From: Rubrivivax sp.
GTDB lineage: Bacteria; Pseudomonadota; Gammaproteobacteria; Burkholderiales; Burkholderiaceae_C
Reading direction: 5' to 3'
NCBI GenBank assembly: GCA_043774975.1
Contig: JAYVSX010000149.1
Span: 376-64,375, forward strand
DNA length: 64,000 nucleotides
How positions within the stretch are numbered: position 1 is the stretch's first letter; each line of letters opens with the position of its first letter. Below are positions 40,449 through 51,153 of this stretch, one piece after another. The translations under genes were made by a program, and so were the position numbers. Under the pieces are notes generated by a model. The model had not been told where the DNA came from. It made no database searches and saw only the letters and a program-made list of their open reading frames with translations.

Positions 40449-42424
40449 TTGTTGCGGTACAGGTCGCCCAGCACCACGCCTTCGCGGCGCGGGTCGGCAC
40501 CACCTTCCAGGTAGTAGTAGCCCTGAGGGTTGCTGCGCCGCACGATGGTGCCAATGCCGCTGCTTTGGGCCCCAGTGCCCACCGTGTGGCCCAGTGCGCG
40601 CAGCCCCGTGATCAAGGTGTCGTTGTTGCCGCCGTTGCTGATGTCCACGTTGGGGTGCTCGCTGCCCACGTTGGTGGTGGCGGTGTTGGCGGCGCCAAAG
40701 GCCACCATCGACGTGGCTTGCTGGGCGTCCAGTCCCCAATCGACAAAGCCGACCAGGGTCTTGGTCACGTACTGGATGATGGTGGCGCCACCCGGCGAGC
40801 CGGTGGCCAAACGGAATTCACCGCGCTGGCCGTCAGAGCCGGTGCGAAAGACCAAGGTGGGCGCCATCGAACTGCGCGGCCGCTTCAAGGGCGCAAGCCG
40901 GTTGGCGATGGGCGCCCCCGTGCCGTCGGTAGGCGCAGCCGAGAAGTCGGTCAACTGGTTGTTCAGCAGGAAACCGCCCCGGGTCATGTGGAAGGCGCCA
41001 AAGCCCGACTCGATGGTGGTGGTCATCGACACCACGTTGCCGTAGCGGTCAACCACCGTGATCTGGGTGGTGCCGTTTTCTGGCGCCGGCCCGTGGATGC
41101 CCAGGGCCGACGTGGTGGGCAGCGCACCGGGCAGCGCAGTGCCCATGCTGCGGGTGAAGTCGATCAGGCTGGCGCGGCCGCGCAGGTAGGTGGTGTCCAG
41201 CATGGCCGCGGTGCTGCCGCCGGGCAGCGGCACAAAGTCGGTGTCGGCCACAAATTTGTCGCGGTCGGCATAAGCCAAACGCTGGGCCTCGGCCACCAGG
41301 TGCACGCCAAACGCGGTGGGCTTGCCGCCGTTGATGTCCAACGCGGTGGGCTTGTGCAGCGACAGGTCAAAGTTTTGCAGGATGCCCAAAGCCTGCGCCA
41401 CCGCCAAGCCGCCACTGCTGGGCGGCGGCATGCCACACACCCAGACCGTTCGGTAAGGCGCGCAAATGGCTTGCCGCTTGACCGAACGGTAAGCAACCAG
41501 GTCCGCCAGCGTGGTTTGGCCGGCTGTGATGCCGCCCGTGGTGTCGGTGATTTCGTCGACGATGTCTTGGGCGATGGCGCCACCGTAAAAGGCTGCGATG
41601 CCACCATTGGCAATGGCCTGGAAGGTGGCCGCCAAGGCCGGGCTGGTCAGCAGCGTGCCGCTGGCCTTGGCGCTGCCGTCGGCGTTGAGGAAGTAGGCCC
41701 GGGCCTCGGGGTCACGCGCCAGCGAAGCGGCTGAACCGGTCACAGACGCCGCCATGCGCGGGCTGATCCTGAAGCCCTCGGTGGCGATCTTGATGGCCGG
41801 GTCGAACAGTTCCTTCCAGGCCAGCTGGCCACCTTCGCGGTGGGCCGTGTCCAGCATGTGCAAGACACCTGGCGTGCCAATGCTGCGGCCGCTGCTGCGG
41901 GCAGTGGGCAGCGGCGTGGTCTGCTGCGTGGCGCTGATCCAGCGCAGGTAGTTTTCAGTGGCTGCGGCGGGGGCGGTTTCGCGGCCGTCGTAGGCGGTGA
42001 CGGTGCCCGTCTTGCGGTCGTAGCTGAGCATGAAGGCGCCGCCGCCGATGCCGCTGGACTGCGGCTCCACGATGTTGAGCACCATCTGCGTGGCAATGGC
42101 TGCGTCGATGGCGGTGCCGCCCTTCTTCAACACCTCGCAACCGGCCTTGGTGGCCAGCGGGTTGGCCGCCACCACCATGTAGCTGCGCGAGAAGGCGGTT
42201 TGTTTGCTGGCAAAGCCGGTCGGGATCTCGGGTGCGCCATTGATGCCCGGTGTACCGGGGTCGTAGACGGTACCGGCCGCGCTGTACTGCAGGCAAGCGT
42301 TTTCGCCCACGCTGTCGACCGCATCATCACCACCGCAGGCGGCTGCCAAAAGGCCGACCAAGCCCAACTGCAGCCAGCGGGTTTTCGTCAGCGTTTTCGT
42401 AAGCGTTTGCAAGGTCAAGGTCAT
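40445..42424 (-). CDS. ggt: Gamma-glutamyltransferase family lipoprotein
   Basis: Lipobox LAAC; motifs SSGIGGG, DGRETAP, catalytic TTQITVVD, RPRSSMAP and GADPRREG. Confidence 0.92.
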   Translation of the reverse strand: MTLTLQTLTKTLTKTRWLQLGLVGLLAAACGGDDAVDSVGENACLQYSAAGTVYDPGTPGINGAPEIPTGFASKQTAFSRSYMVVAANPLATKAGCEVLKKGGTAIDAAIATQMVLNIVEPQSSGIGGGAFMLSYDRKTGTVTAYDGRETAPAAATENYLRWISATQQTTPLPTARSSGRSIGTPGVLHMLDTAHREGGQLAWKELFDPAIKIATEGFRISPRMAASVTGSAASLARDPEARAYFLNADGSAKASGTLLTSPALAATFQAIANGGIAAFYGGAIAQDIVDEITDTTGGITAGQTTLADLVAYRSVKRQAICAPYRTVWVCGMPPPSSGGLAVAQALGILQNFDLSLHKPTALDINGGKPTAFGVHLVAEAQRLAYADRDKFVADTDFVPLPGGSTAAMLDTTYLRGRASLIDFTRSMGTALPGALPTTSALGIHGPAPENGTTQITVVDRYGNVVSMTTTIESGFGAFHMTRGGFLLNNQLTDFSAAPTDGTGAPIANRLAPLKRPRSSMAPTLVFRTGSDGQRGEFRLATGSPGGATIIQYVTKTLVGFVDWGLDAQQATSMVAFGAANTATTNVGSEHPNVDISNGGNNDTLITGLRALGHTVGTGAQSSGIGTIVRRSNPQGYYYLEGGADPRREGVVLGDLYRNN

Positions 42425-42566
42425 CTCCCAAAGCGGTATCAATCGACGCATGTTGTCGCCCGATCTGCGGCATGAAAACTCGGGTCAACCCGCAGCCGAC
42501 CCGCACGCAAGGCGCAAGTCGTGCGCAGGCGGCGCGAACCCCAGGTGCAATGCGACACTTGCCGTC

Positions 42567-43295
42567 ATGCGCATCGCAGACCTGCTTTTCACCCAAGGCT
42601 TTGGCAGCCGCCGTGAGTGCTTGGGCTTGTTGGCTGCCGGTCATGTTCAGCTGCAGGGCCGCACCGTCCTGAACCCTGCAGAAGAAGTGGTGGAGGCGGG
42701 CCTGGAATTTGTGGTCAATGGGCAACCATGGCTGTACCAAGCCCAGGCGGTGTTGATGCTGCACAAGCCCGCCGGCTTTGAATGCTCACGCGCACCACGC
42801 CACCACCCCAGTGTGTTGAGCCTGTTGCCGGCACCGCTGCGCTTGCGTGGCGTGCAGCCGGTGGGGCGGCTGGACCAGGACACCACAGGCTTGCTGCTGC
42901 TCACCGACGACGGCAGCCTGATCCACCGCCTGACGCACCCCAAGCGCCACGTAGCCAAGGTTTACGTCGCCCAGACGCGGCATGCGGTGGACGCGGTGCA
43001 AATCAAGGCCTTGCTGGACGGCGTGGTCTTGCACGACGCTCCCACCACAGTGCGCGCCCTGGCCTGCCAGGCGCTGGCGCCCACGCAGCTTCAGCTGTCC
43101 ATCAACGAAGGGCGCTACCACCAGGTCAAGCGCATGGTCGCAGCGGCGGGCAATCGGGTCGAGCAATTGCACCGGGTGAGCTTTGGTCCGCTGACCCTGA
43201 CCGAAAGCCTGGCCGAGGGACATTGGCGTTGGTTGAGCGCCGCTGAGCAGCAAGCCCTCAGCGCCGGGACCGTTTTGCAAGCCGCGCCCGGTTAA
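42567..43295 (+). CDS. rsuA: 16S rRNA pseudouridine(516) synthase
   Basis: S4 domain; motifs HKPAG, VGRLDQDTTGLLL and EGRYHQVKRM. Confidence 0.9.
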   Translation: MRIADLLFTQGFGSRRECLGLLAAGHVQLQGRTVLNPAEEVVEAGLEFVVNGQPWLYQAQAVLMLHKPAGFECSRAPRHHPSVLSLLPAPLRLRGVQPVGRLDQDTTGLLLLTDDGSLIHRLTHPKRHVAKVYVAQTRHAVDAVQIKALLDGVVLHDAPTTVRALACQALAPTQLQLSINEGRYHQVKRMVAAAGNRVEQLHRVSFGPLTLTESLAEGHWRWLSAAEQQALSAGTVLQAAPG

Positions 43296-44370
43296 GGGCC
43301 CGCAGCCGCAGCGCGACAGCGTCTGCATGCGACCACCAGCGGTCTCGCAGCCCTTGCCAAAGGCCGATCGCCGCTGCGGGTCGGCCTGCGCTGCGCTCAA
43401 GCGCTTGAGACACCGCCGTTTCCCAGGCCTGCAGCGTGGTGGCCAGGCTGTGATGACCCAGCACCTGAGCTTGTGCTGCCTGCGCGATTCGAGCGCGCCA
43501 GCCGCCATCCACCACCGCGCTGCAAAGAGCGCCGCGCCAGGCTTCAGGCGCATTGGGAACCAGGCCACCGGTGACGCCATCGCGGATCACTTCCGCATAC
43601 GGGCTGACCGCCGAGCACAGGGTCGGCACGCCCGCGGCGGCATAGTCGAACCACTTCACCGCGCTCTTGCAGGCGGCGAAGCGGGAGGCCTCCAGCGGGA
43701 TCACGGCCAGCACATTGGGCAGGCTGCGGGCAAACGCCACGAAGGCCTCGCGTGGCATCAAGGGGTGGGCCTCGATCGGCAGACCGGCCTGCACAAAACT
43801 CTGCGCGGGTGGACCGACCACCACGATGTTGACGCCTTCAACCGCCTGCAGCGCCGGGTAGATGAAGTGGGTGGCGAGTTGATCCGAAGAAGCAAAAAGC
43901 AGGGTCACGGGAAGGCCAGGTTGCGGCGTCGGAAGCTTCAGATCAGCCGCTTTCCAGGCGAAATTGGGCACCTCAACCGCGGCCTGCAGCCCCAACTCCA
44001 GCCCCAGCCGAGCCGTCGACACGCTGACCACATCGGCGCTTTGCATGCATTGCAGCAGCATCGGCACCCGCTGCCGAACCGCGGCCTGGTTGCTGATGTG
44101 GGGCGCCACGTCGGTGAGCAGGTCGTCGATGTCGTAGATGACCGCGCCGCCCTGCCGTTGCATCAGCTGTTGCAAGCGCAATGCCCTGGCAGAAGAGGCG
44201 CGCTGCACCACCAGCACCTGGGCTCGGCGCAGGTCGTCCCAGGCGCAGTCGTGAAACGACTTGCAGGTCAGTGTCCAGCCGTGGCGCTGACACAGCGCCG
44301 TCAGTGGCGTGACCAGCCGTATCTGCGCGATCAGGGCGTCGATGTCGCCGGCCAAGGCCAGCAGGTTCAT
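43258..44370 (-). CDS. Glycosyltransferase (GT-B)
   Basis: Motifs YDIDD, KSAVKWFDYAAAGVP and DGVTGGLV. Confidence 0.8.
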   Translation of the reverse strand: MNLLALAGDIDALIAQIRLVTPLTALCQRHGWTLTCKSFHDCAWDDLRRAQVLVVQRASSARALRLQQLMQRQGGAVIYDIDDLLTDVAPHISNQAAVRQRVPMLLQCMQSADVVSVSTARLGLELGLQAAVEVPNFAWKAADLKLPTPQPGLPVTLLFASSDQLATHFIYPALQAVEGVNIVVVGPPAQSFVQAGLPIEAHPLMPREAFVAFARSLPNVLAVIPLEASRFAACKSAVKWFDYAAAGVPTLCSAVSPYAEVIRDGVTGGLVPNAPEAWRGALCSAVVDGGWRARIAQAAQAQVLGHHSLATTLQAWETAVSQALERSAGRPAAAIGLWQGLRDRWWSHADAVALRLRALNRARLAKRSRR

Positions 44371-44990
44371 GCGTCTGCGCGACCGCCTTTGGCCGGGTTG
44401 GACGCCGAGAGTTTCACCGCTTCAAACTCCCAGATCAAGTGGCCGCAGGCGCCGCGCCAGGTGCGATGCGCCAGCCGCAGTTTTTCCCACCAACCTGCAG
44501 GCGGCGGTATGAAGGCCACCTGCGGGTTGGGTCGGGTCAGCTGCACCCGACGGGCCAGGAAGTCGCCGGTGAACCCGTACATGGCCGCCATCCTTTGCGG
44601 TCGGGCGAAGTAGGTGTGCGTGTCCACCGTCATGATGTTGACGTGGGTCGGGTCCTGAAACGCTGCCTTGCTGGGGTAGACCGGCGTGATGGCATAGAGC
44701 ATGCCGCCGGGCTTGAGCACCCGCCAGACCTCGTTCATCAGCTCGATGAAGGGAAAGCGGGTGTTCTGGCCGTCGGCGGTGGGCATCACGCGCGGCACGT
44801 GCTCCAGGAAGTCGTAGGCCGAAACGGACTCAAAGCTGTTGTCGGCAAACGGAATGGACTGCATCACCAGGTTGGCCTTGCGGATCGGGCCGCCGTCGGC
44901 ACTGCCCGACAGGTCCACGCCAAAGAGTTCATCGCGCTGGTAGGGGTTGCGCGGCACAGGGCCGCAGCCCAGGTCCAGGTGTCGGGTCAT
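44367..44990 (-). CDS. Class I SAM-dependent methyltransferase
   Basis: Motifs LDLGCG, DFLEH, RVLKPGG and DPTH. Confidence 0.87.
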   Translation of the reverse strand: MTRHLDLGCGPVPRNPYQRDELFGVDLSGSADGGPIRKANLVMQSIPFADNSFESVSAYDFLEHVPRVMPTADGQNTRFPFIELMNEVWRVLKPGGMLYAITPVYPSKAAFQDPTHVNIMTVDTHTYFARPQRMAAMYGFTGDFLARRVQLTRPNPQVAFIPPPAGWWEKLRLAHRTWRGACGHLIWEFEAVKLSASNPAKGGRADA

Positions 44991-45005
44991 GGGCTGATCA
45001 GGTCT

Positions 45006-45824
45006 TCAGGTCAACAGCCCCATGATGGAGGCTGCCGCGCCCAGCAGGCGCGTGTTGGGGTCGGTGCGACCGGCGACTTTGCGGCGGTCCAGCAGTTGAC
45101 GGGCCGCCCTGGGCATGCCCCGCATCAGCAGGGCCCGGGCCAGACGGCGGGCATCACGGCTGGCGTAAAAATCCAGCGGCAGGCGCTCCAGCAATTCGCA
45201 CATCTGCACTTCCGTCAGCACCGACGGCAAGTTGTAGGGGCCATGGAAGCCAAAGGTGATGCCAGAGGGCGACTCGTTTTCATAAGCGAAGCGGCGTGCC
45301 AGCTGGGGCGGCGCAAAGCTGACCCCATGCACCCGCTCCAGAAAGCCGCGTTGCTCGCGGCACATCACCTGGTCTTCGGGGTGCAGCTGGGTGATGCGCG
45401 GGTCCAGGCCCGCAGCCATGAAGCGCCGTGAACGCAAGGAAAACCCGCCGTTGCCGACGTTGCGATCTTCGGGTTCATCGGGCCAGACGGCGCCAATGTA
45501 GTCGTGCACCAGAAACTCATCGGTCCAGGCTTGGGGGTGGGTCACAAAGCCGTCCCACTGCGTGATCAGCACGTGCGAGGTGCGGATGTAGCCGGGCAGT
45601 TGGCGCAGCACAAATTCAGAGTAGTCAGCGCCCGAACGAATGGAATCGATCTGCACGATGTCGATGCCGGGCAAGACCACGGCAGGCAACCAACCGTTGG
45701 TAAAGAGGTAGACCCGCGCGAAGTCGACCTGCGCCATGGAACGCAGCAGCGACTGTGCGGCCAGGGCCGGTGCCCTTGTGTCAACGGCACAAAGGGTGAC
45801 CTGGGCGAGCGGAAGCCGACTCAT
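45006..45824 (-). CDS. DUF5672-like protein (putative GT-A glycosyltransferase)
   Basis: Motifs QWDG, DYIGAVW, VGNGGFSLRS, PED and TFGFHG. Confidence 0.78.
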   Translation of the reverse strand: MSRLPLAQVTLCAVDTRAPALAAQSLLRSMAQVDFARVYLFTNGWLPAVVLPGIDIVQIDSIRSGADYSEFVLRQLPGYIRTSHVLITQWDGFVTHPQAWTDEFLVHDYIGAVWPDEPEDRNVGNGGFSLRSRRFMAAGLDPRITQLHPEDQVMCREQRGFLERVHGVSFAPPQLARRFAYENESPSGITFGFHGPYNLPSVLTEVQMCELLERLPLDFYASRDARRLARALLMRGMPRAARQLLDRRKVAGRTDPNTRLLGAAASIMGLLT

Positions 45825-45893
45825 GCAGGCCATTGTGCCAGCGGCACCCAGCGCTCGGGGGCCACACAAACCCCCTCGGTACACTGCGCGCCG

Positions 45894-46967
45894 ATGGAAC
45901 AACGCCACATCGGCATCAGCCTGGGAAACATCGGCGCCTTGCACGATGGCCTGGGCGAGTTCGCACTGCAGATCGGCCAACGCATCGCGGCGCAGGCCCC
46001 GCTTTGGCGCGAACGCCACGGGGTGAGCTTCGACTTTCACCTGCGCGACAAACTGGGCGCGCTGTTTGGCCCGGACGTGGGCTACCTGCCCGTCAACCGC
46101 TGGCAGCGTGTGCGTCATCTGCAGCCGCGCCGCTACGCGCTGTGGCACAGCCTGCACCAGCTGAACAAGAACCTGCCGCCGCTGGGCACCGGGCAACGGC
46201 TGGTGACGGTGCACGACTTGAACTACCTTTACGGGCGCAATGCGTTTTCGAAGTGGCGCCATCAGCGTCGCACCCAGGCTTTGATGGACCGCACCGACCA
46301 CCTGGTGGCCATCAGCCGCCACACCGCCAGCGACGTGCAACAGCACCTGCATTGGCCGCACGAGATCAGCGTCATCTACAACGGCGCGCGCAGCTTTGTC
46401 GCGAGCCCTCGGCAAGCGTTGCCGGGTTGGTCGGATGGAGCCAACCCACCCTTTCTGTTCCACCTGAGCCGCATGTCGCCGTCGAAGAACCCGCAGACCA
46501 TCATTGACCTGGCGCGGGTTTGGCCAGAGATGAGCTTTGTGCTGTGCGGCCCGCCCACTGATGACGCCAAGAAGCTCAAGGCCAGCGTGCAGTTGCCCAA
46601 TCTGCAATTCCACCTGGGCATCAGTGACGCGCAAAAAGCCTGGGCCTACGCCCACTGCAGCGGCTTTTTGTTTCCGTCCTTGACCGAGGGCTTTGGCCTG
46701 CCGCCGATTGAGGCCATGCACTTCGGCAAACCGGTGTTCCTGGCCCGGCGCACCTGCTTGCCCGAAATCGGCGGCGACGCGGCCGACTACTTCGACAGCT
46801 TTGAAGCCCAGGCCATGAAGCAAGTGGTGCAGCGGGGACTGCAACGCCACCAGCAGCCGGGCCGCGCGCTGGTCATCACCCAGCATGCCGCCCAGTTTGA
46901 CTGGGACCGCGCGGCCCAGGCCTACCTGGACCTGTACCGCCGTTTGCTGCAGTTGCCGCCCGGATAA
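45894..46967 (+). CDS. Glycosyltransferase family 4 (GT-B)
   Basis: Motifs TVHDL, FPSLTEGFGLPPIEAM and LPEIGG. Confidence 0.88.
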   Translation: MEQRHIGISLGNIGALHDGLGEFALQIGQRIAAQAPLWRERHGVSFDFHLRDKLGALFGPDVGYLPVNRWQRVRHLQPRRYALWHSLHQLNKNLPPLGTGQRLVTVHDLNYLYGRNAFSKWRHQRRTQALMDRTDHLVAISRHTASDVQQHLHWPHEISVIYNGARSFVASPRQALPGWSDGANPPFLFHLSRMSPSKNPQTIIDLARVWPEMSFVLCGPPTDDAKKLKASVQLPNLQFHLGISDAQKAWAYAHCSGFLFPSLTEGFGLPPIEAMHFGKPVFLARRTCLPEIGGDAADYFDSFEAQAMKQVVQRGLQRHQQPGRALVITQHAAQFDWDRAAQAYLDLYRRLLQLPPG

Positions 46968-46976
46968 TCGGCCGCC

Positions 46977-47930
46977 ATGCAGATTCACCGTGGGTTTGAC
47001 CTGGGCGTGCCGGCCTGTGCATTGACCATCGGCAATTTTGACGGCGTGCACCGTGGCCACCAGGCCATGCTGGCGCTGCTGACCAACGAAGCCCGCCACC
47101 GCGGCCTGCCGTCCTGCGTGATGACCTTTGAGCCCCACCCGCGCGACCACTTTGCGCGCCAGGCGGGCCGGCCAGAAGCCGCGCCGGCCCGGGTTGCCAC
47201 CTTGCGGGACAAGCTGGCCGAGCTGGAGCGCTGCGGCATCGACCACGTGGTGGTGGTGCGCTTTGACGACCGCTTTGCCAGCATGAGCGCACAGGCCTTC
47301 ATCCAAGACGTGCTGGTGGTTGGGCTGAAGGCCCGCTACGTGCTGGTGGGCGATGACTTCAGCTTTGGCGCCAAACGGGCTGGCAACTACGCCATGCTAG
47401 ACAGCGCCGGCGCCGAACTGGGCTTTGATGTGGCCCGCATGATGAGCTACGAAGTGCATGGCTTGCGGGTCTCCAGCACCGCCGTGCGTGACGCCTTGGC
47501 TGCGGGCGACATGGCCCAGGCCGAACGGTTGCTGGGGCGGCCCTATGCGGTCAGCGGCCACGTGGTGCATGGCCGCAAACTGGGCCGTGAACTGGGCTTT
47601 CGAACCTTGAACCTGCGCTTTGGGCACCCGCGCCCTGCCGTCAGCGGCATCTTTGTCGTCCAGGTCCATGGCCTTCCCGGCGGGCCCTTGCCCGGCGTGG
47701 CCAGTCTGGGTGTGCGGCCCACGGTAGAAGACGCCGGCCGCGTGCTGTTGGAGACCCACTGCCTGCAGTGGCCACAGGCGCTGAGTCAAGACGGTGCTTA
47801 CGGGCGCTGCGTGCAGGTGGAACTGCTGCACAAGCTGCACGATGAACTGAAGTACGACGCTCTGGACGCCTTGAAGCGTGGCATTGCCCGCGATACCGAC
47901 GACGCGCGCGGCTGGTGGGCCCGTCGCTGA
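46977..47930 (+). CDS. ribF: Bifunctional riboflavin kinase/FAD synthetase
   Basis: Motifs GNFDGVHRGH, TFEPHP, SSTAVR and GRELGFRTLN. Confidence 0.96.
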   Translation: MQIHRGFDLGVPACALTIGNFDGVHRGHQAMLALLTNEARHRGLPSCVMTFEPHPRDHFARQAGRPEAAPARVATLRDKLAELERCGIDHVVVVRFDDRFASMSAQAFIQDVLVVGLKARYVLVGDDFSFGAKRAGNYAMLDSAGAELGFDVARMMSYEVHGLRVSSTAVRDALAAGDMAQAERLLGRPYAVSGHVVHGRKLGRELGFRTLNLRFGHPRPAVSGIFVVQVHGLPGGPLPGVASLGVRPTVEDAGRVLLETHCLQWPQALSQDGAYGRCVQVELLHKLHDELKYDALDALKRGIARDTDDARGWWARR

Positions 47931-48047
47931 GCCAAGTCAGCCTGGCTTGGCTGCGGCGGCAACCGTCTGCAGTGGCAGATCTTGGCCAGATCCCGGCCGA
48001 ATCCCGGCCAGATCGCGGCCAGCCCTGGCGTCGCTAGAATTGGGTCC

Positions 48048-48155
48048 ATGCACCGGTCTTTGCAGCCTTCCAACGTGTCTCTGGCGCCTGCGCGTTGGCA
48101 CGCCTCGACGCGTCGGCAAGCAAGTTGCGACCGAATTAGGGCGGCGGCCGCCTGA
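48048..48155 (+). promoter_or_regulatory. Putative leader-peptide uORF of ileS (MHRSLQPSNVSLAPARWHASTRRQASCDRIRAAAA*)
   Basis: TAGAAT at 48035-48040 lies 7 nt before ATG 48048; the only Ile codon is near the end. Confidence 0.5.
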
Positions 48156-48304
48156 AGGTCGCCTGAAGGTTGCTCCACGCGCGGTGCTTGGCCGCGCACC
48201 TCGTCGGTGCCACTGAACTGCCACGGTTGCGCCACCCCTCTTTGCCAGCACGGCCCTGCCCCGGCCGGCTGACTTTTCCAACGGCCCCAAACCGCCATGC
48301 CGCC

Positions 48305-51151
48305 ATGAGCACCACGCCCGACTACCGCAGCACCCTGAACCTGCCCGACACCCCCTTCCCCATGCGCGGCGACCTGCCCAAGCGTGAGCCGGGCTGGATC
48401 AAGGCCTGGAACGACACCCAAGACAACGGTGGCCTGTACAAACGCCTGCGTGACGCCCGCATCGGTGCGCCGCTGTTTGTGCTGCATGACGGGCCGCCCT
48501 ACGCCAACGGCACGCTGCACATCGGCCATGGCTTCGGCAAGGTGCTGAAGGACATGGTGGTCAAGTCCAAGCAATTGGCCGGCTTTGACGCGCACTACGT
48601 GCCGGGCTGGGACTGCCACGGCCTGCCCATCGAAAACCAGATCGAGAAGACGCATGGCCGCGGTTTGCCAAGAGACAAGGTGCAGGCACTCAGCCGCAGC
48701 TACGCCGCCGAGCAGATCGAGCAGCAAATGGCCGACTTCCAACGCCTGGGGGTGCTGGGCGACTGGGCCCACCCCTACCGCACCATGGACCCGACCAACG
48801 AAGCCGGCGAAATACGCGTGCTCAAGCGCCTGATGGAGCGCGGCTACGTCTATCGCGGCAGCAAACCCGTCTACTGGTGCTTTGACTGCGGCAGCTCGCT
48901 GGCCGAATTCGAAATCGAATACGCCGACAAAAAGAGCCCGATGGTTGACGTCGCCTTCCTCAGCGCCGAACCCGAGAAGCTGTCGGCTGCGTTCGGTCTG
49001 GCCCAGCTCGACAGGCCAGCCTTCGCCGTCATCTGGACCACCACGCCCTGGACACTGCCGGCCAACCAGGCGCTGAACCTGAACCCGGCGCTGCTCTACG
49101 CGCTGGTGGACACCCCGCGTGGCCTGCTGGTGCTGGCCCAGGCGCTGGTAGAAAAGTGCCTGAGCCGCTACGGCCTGACGGGTACGGTGCTGGCCACGAC
49201 GCTGGGCGAAAAGCTCGGCGGACTGAACTTCCACCACCCGCTGGCGCATGTGGACCCGGGTTACAACCGCCTGTCGCCGGTTTACCTGGCCGACTACGCC
49301 ACGGCCGACGACGGCACCGGCCTGGTTCACAGCTCGCCGGCCTATGGCCTGGAAGACTTCCAGTCCTGCCTGGCCCATGGCGTGAAGGTCGACGACATCC
49401 TGAACCCCGTGCAGGGCTCGGGCGTGTACGAAGCCGGGCTGCCGCTCTTTGGCAGTCTGCATATCTGGAAAGCCAACCCGGTGATCGTGCAGGCGCTGCG
49501 AGACGCCGACCGCCTGTTGGCCACATCCGAGTTCCAGCACAGCTACCCGCACTGCTGGCGCCACAAGACGCCGGTGATCTACCGCGCTGCCGCGCAGTGG
49601 TTCGTGCGCATGGACGAAGGCGCGGGCGTCTGCACCGTGGACAAGGCCCCCGACACGCTGCGCCAGACCGCGCTGGCCGCCATCGAGGCCACGAAGTTCT
49701 ACCCCGAAAACGGCCGCGTCCGCCTGCGCGACATGATCGCCGGCCGTCCCGACTGGTGCATCAGCCGCCAGCGCAGCTGGGGCGTGCCACTGCCCTTCTT
49801 CCTGCACAAGGTCACGGGCGAACTGCACCCCGACACCTTGACGCTGATGGACCGCGCTGCGGCGCTGGTGCAAGCAGGTGGCATCGAAGCCTGGAGCCAG
49901 CTCGACCCCAGCACATGGCTGGGTGAACAAGCGGCCGACTACGCCAAGAGCCAGGACATCCTGGACGTGTGGTTCGACAGCGGCAGCACCTTCAACCACG
50001 TGCTGCGCGGCTCGCACCCGGGCGGCAGCCACGCCAGCGGGCCCGAGGCCGATCTGTATCTTGAAGGCCACGATCAGCATCGTGGCTGGTTCCACAGCGC
50101 TTTGCTCATTGGCTGCGCGATGGAAGGTCGTGCGCCTTACCGCGGCCTGCTCACCCACGGCTTCACTGTCGACGGCCAGGGCCGCAAGATGAGCAAGAGC
50201 CTGGGCAACTTCATCGAGATGCGCAAGATCACCGGCAGCCTGGGCGCCGAGATCATCCGCTTGTGGGCCGCCGCCACCGACTACTCAGGCGACCTGTCCA
50301 TCGACGACACCATCCTGGCCCGCGTGGTGGACGGCTACCGACGCATCCGCAACACCCTGCGCTTTTTGCTGGCCAACACCAGCGACTTCGACGCCCAGAC
50401 CCAAAGCGTGCCGCTGGCGCAGATGCTGGAAATCGACCGCTGGGCCATCAGCCGCACGGCCGAGCTGCAGGCCGAAGTGCTCAAGCACTACGCGCTGTAC
50501 GAATTCCACCCGGTGGTGTCCAAGCTGCAGGTGTTTTGCTCGGAAGACCTGGGCGCGTTTTACCTGGACGTGCTGAAAGACCGCCTCTACACCAGCGCGC
50601 CAGGCTCGTTTGCGCGGCGCAGCGCACAAACCGCGCTGTGGCAGATCACCCATGCCATGCTGCGCTGGATGGCACCGTTTCTCAGCTTCACCGCCGAAGA
50701 AGCCTGGCAGGTTTTTGACGGCGGTCATTCCGGCGACAGCATCTTCACGCAGACCTTCAGCACCTTTGACGCGCCCGACGCGGCACTGCTGGCCAAGTGG
50801 GCCCGCGTGCGTGAACTGCGCGACGCGGTCAACAAAGAGATCGAAGCGCTGCGCACCGCGGGCGGCGTGGGCTCGTCGCTGCAGGCCAATGTGGTCTTGA
50901 CGGTGACAGCGCCCGACCACGCTTTGCTGTCCACCCTGGGCGAAGACTTGAAATTCGTCTTCATCACCTCGGTGGCCACGCTGGCCGAAGGCCCTGCGCT
51001 GCAGGTGGCCGTCAGCACCAGCAGCGCCAGCAAGTGCGAGCGCTGCTGGCACTGGCGCGACGACGTGGGCAGCGACGCCGCCCACCCCACACTGTGTGGT
51101 CGCTGCACCAGCAACCTGTACGGCGCGGGTGAAACCCGGCAGGTGGCTTGA
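48305..51151 (+). CDS. ileS: Isoleucine--tRNA ligase (type 1)
   Basis: Motifs [20 protein letters not shown] and KMSKS; C-terminal Zn finger CERCW...CGRC. Confidence 0.97.
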   Translation: MSTTPDYRSTLNLPDTPFPMRGDLPKREPGWIKAWNDTQDNGGLYKRLRDARIGAPLFVLHDGPPYANGTLHIGHGFGKVLKDMVVKSKQLAGFDAHYVPGWDCHGLPIENQIEKTHGRGLPRDKVQALSRSYAAEQIEQQMADFQRLGVLGDWAHPYRTMDPTNEAGEIRVLKRLMERGYVYRGSKPVYWCFDCGSSLAEFEIEYADKKSPMVDVAFLSAEPEKLSAAFGLAQLDRPAFAVIWTTTPWTLPANQALNLNPALLYALVDTPRGLLVLAQALVEKCLSRYGLTGTVLATTLGEKLGGLNFHHPLAHVDPGYNRLSPVYLADYATADDGTGLVHSSPAYGLEDFQSCLAHGVKVDDILNPVQGSGVYEAGLPLFGSLHIWKANPVIVQALRDADRLLATSEFQHSYPHCWRHKTPVIYRAAAQWFVRMDEGAGVCTVDKAPDTLRQTALAAIEATKFYPENGRVRLRDMIAGRPDWCISRQRSWGVPLPFFLHKVTGELHPDTLTLMDRAAALVQAGGIEAWSQLDPSTWLGEQAADYAKSQDILDVWFDSGSTFNHVLRGSHPGGSHASGPEADLYLEGHDQHRGWFHSALLIGCAMEGRAPYRGLLTHGFTVDGQGRKMSKSLGNFIEMRKITGSLGAEIIRLWAAATDYSGDLSIDDTILARVVDGYRRIRNTLRFLLANTSDFDAQTQSVPLAQMLEIDRWAISRTAELQAEVLKHYALYEFHPVVSKLQVFCSEDLGAFYLDVLKDRLYTSAPGSFARRSAQTALWQITHAMLRWMAPFLSFTAEEAWQVFDGGHSGDSIFTQTFSTFDAPDAALLAKWARVRELRDAVNKEIEALRTAGGVGSSLQANVVLTVTAPDHALLSTLGEDLKFVFITSVATLAEGPALQVAVSTSSASKCERCWHWRDDVGSDAAHPTLCGRCTSNLYGAGETRQVA

Positions 51152-51153
51152 CC

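Noticed and set aside
43258-43295. 38-bp convergent overlap of rsuA and the glycosyltransferase
   Set aside because: Short 3' overlaps are common in compact GC-rich genomes; nothing suggests a function.
47984-48022. Short direct repeats as a CRISPR or iteron array
   Set aside because: The 11-bp units are contiguous, without spacers, and no cas or rep genes are present.
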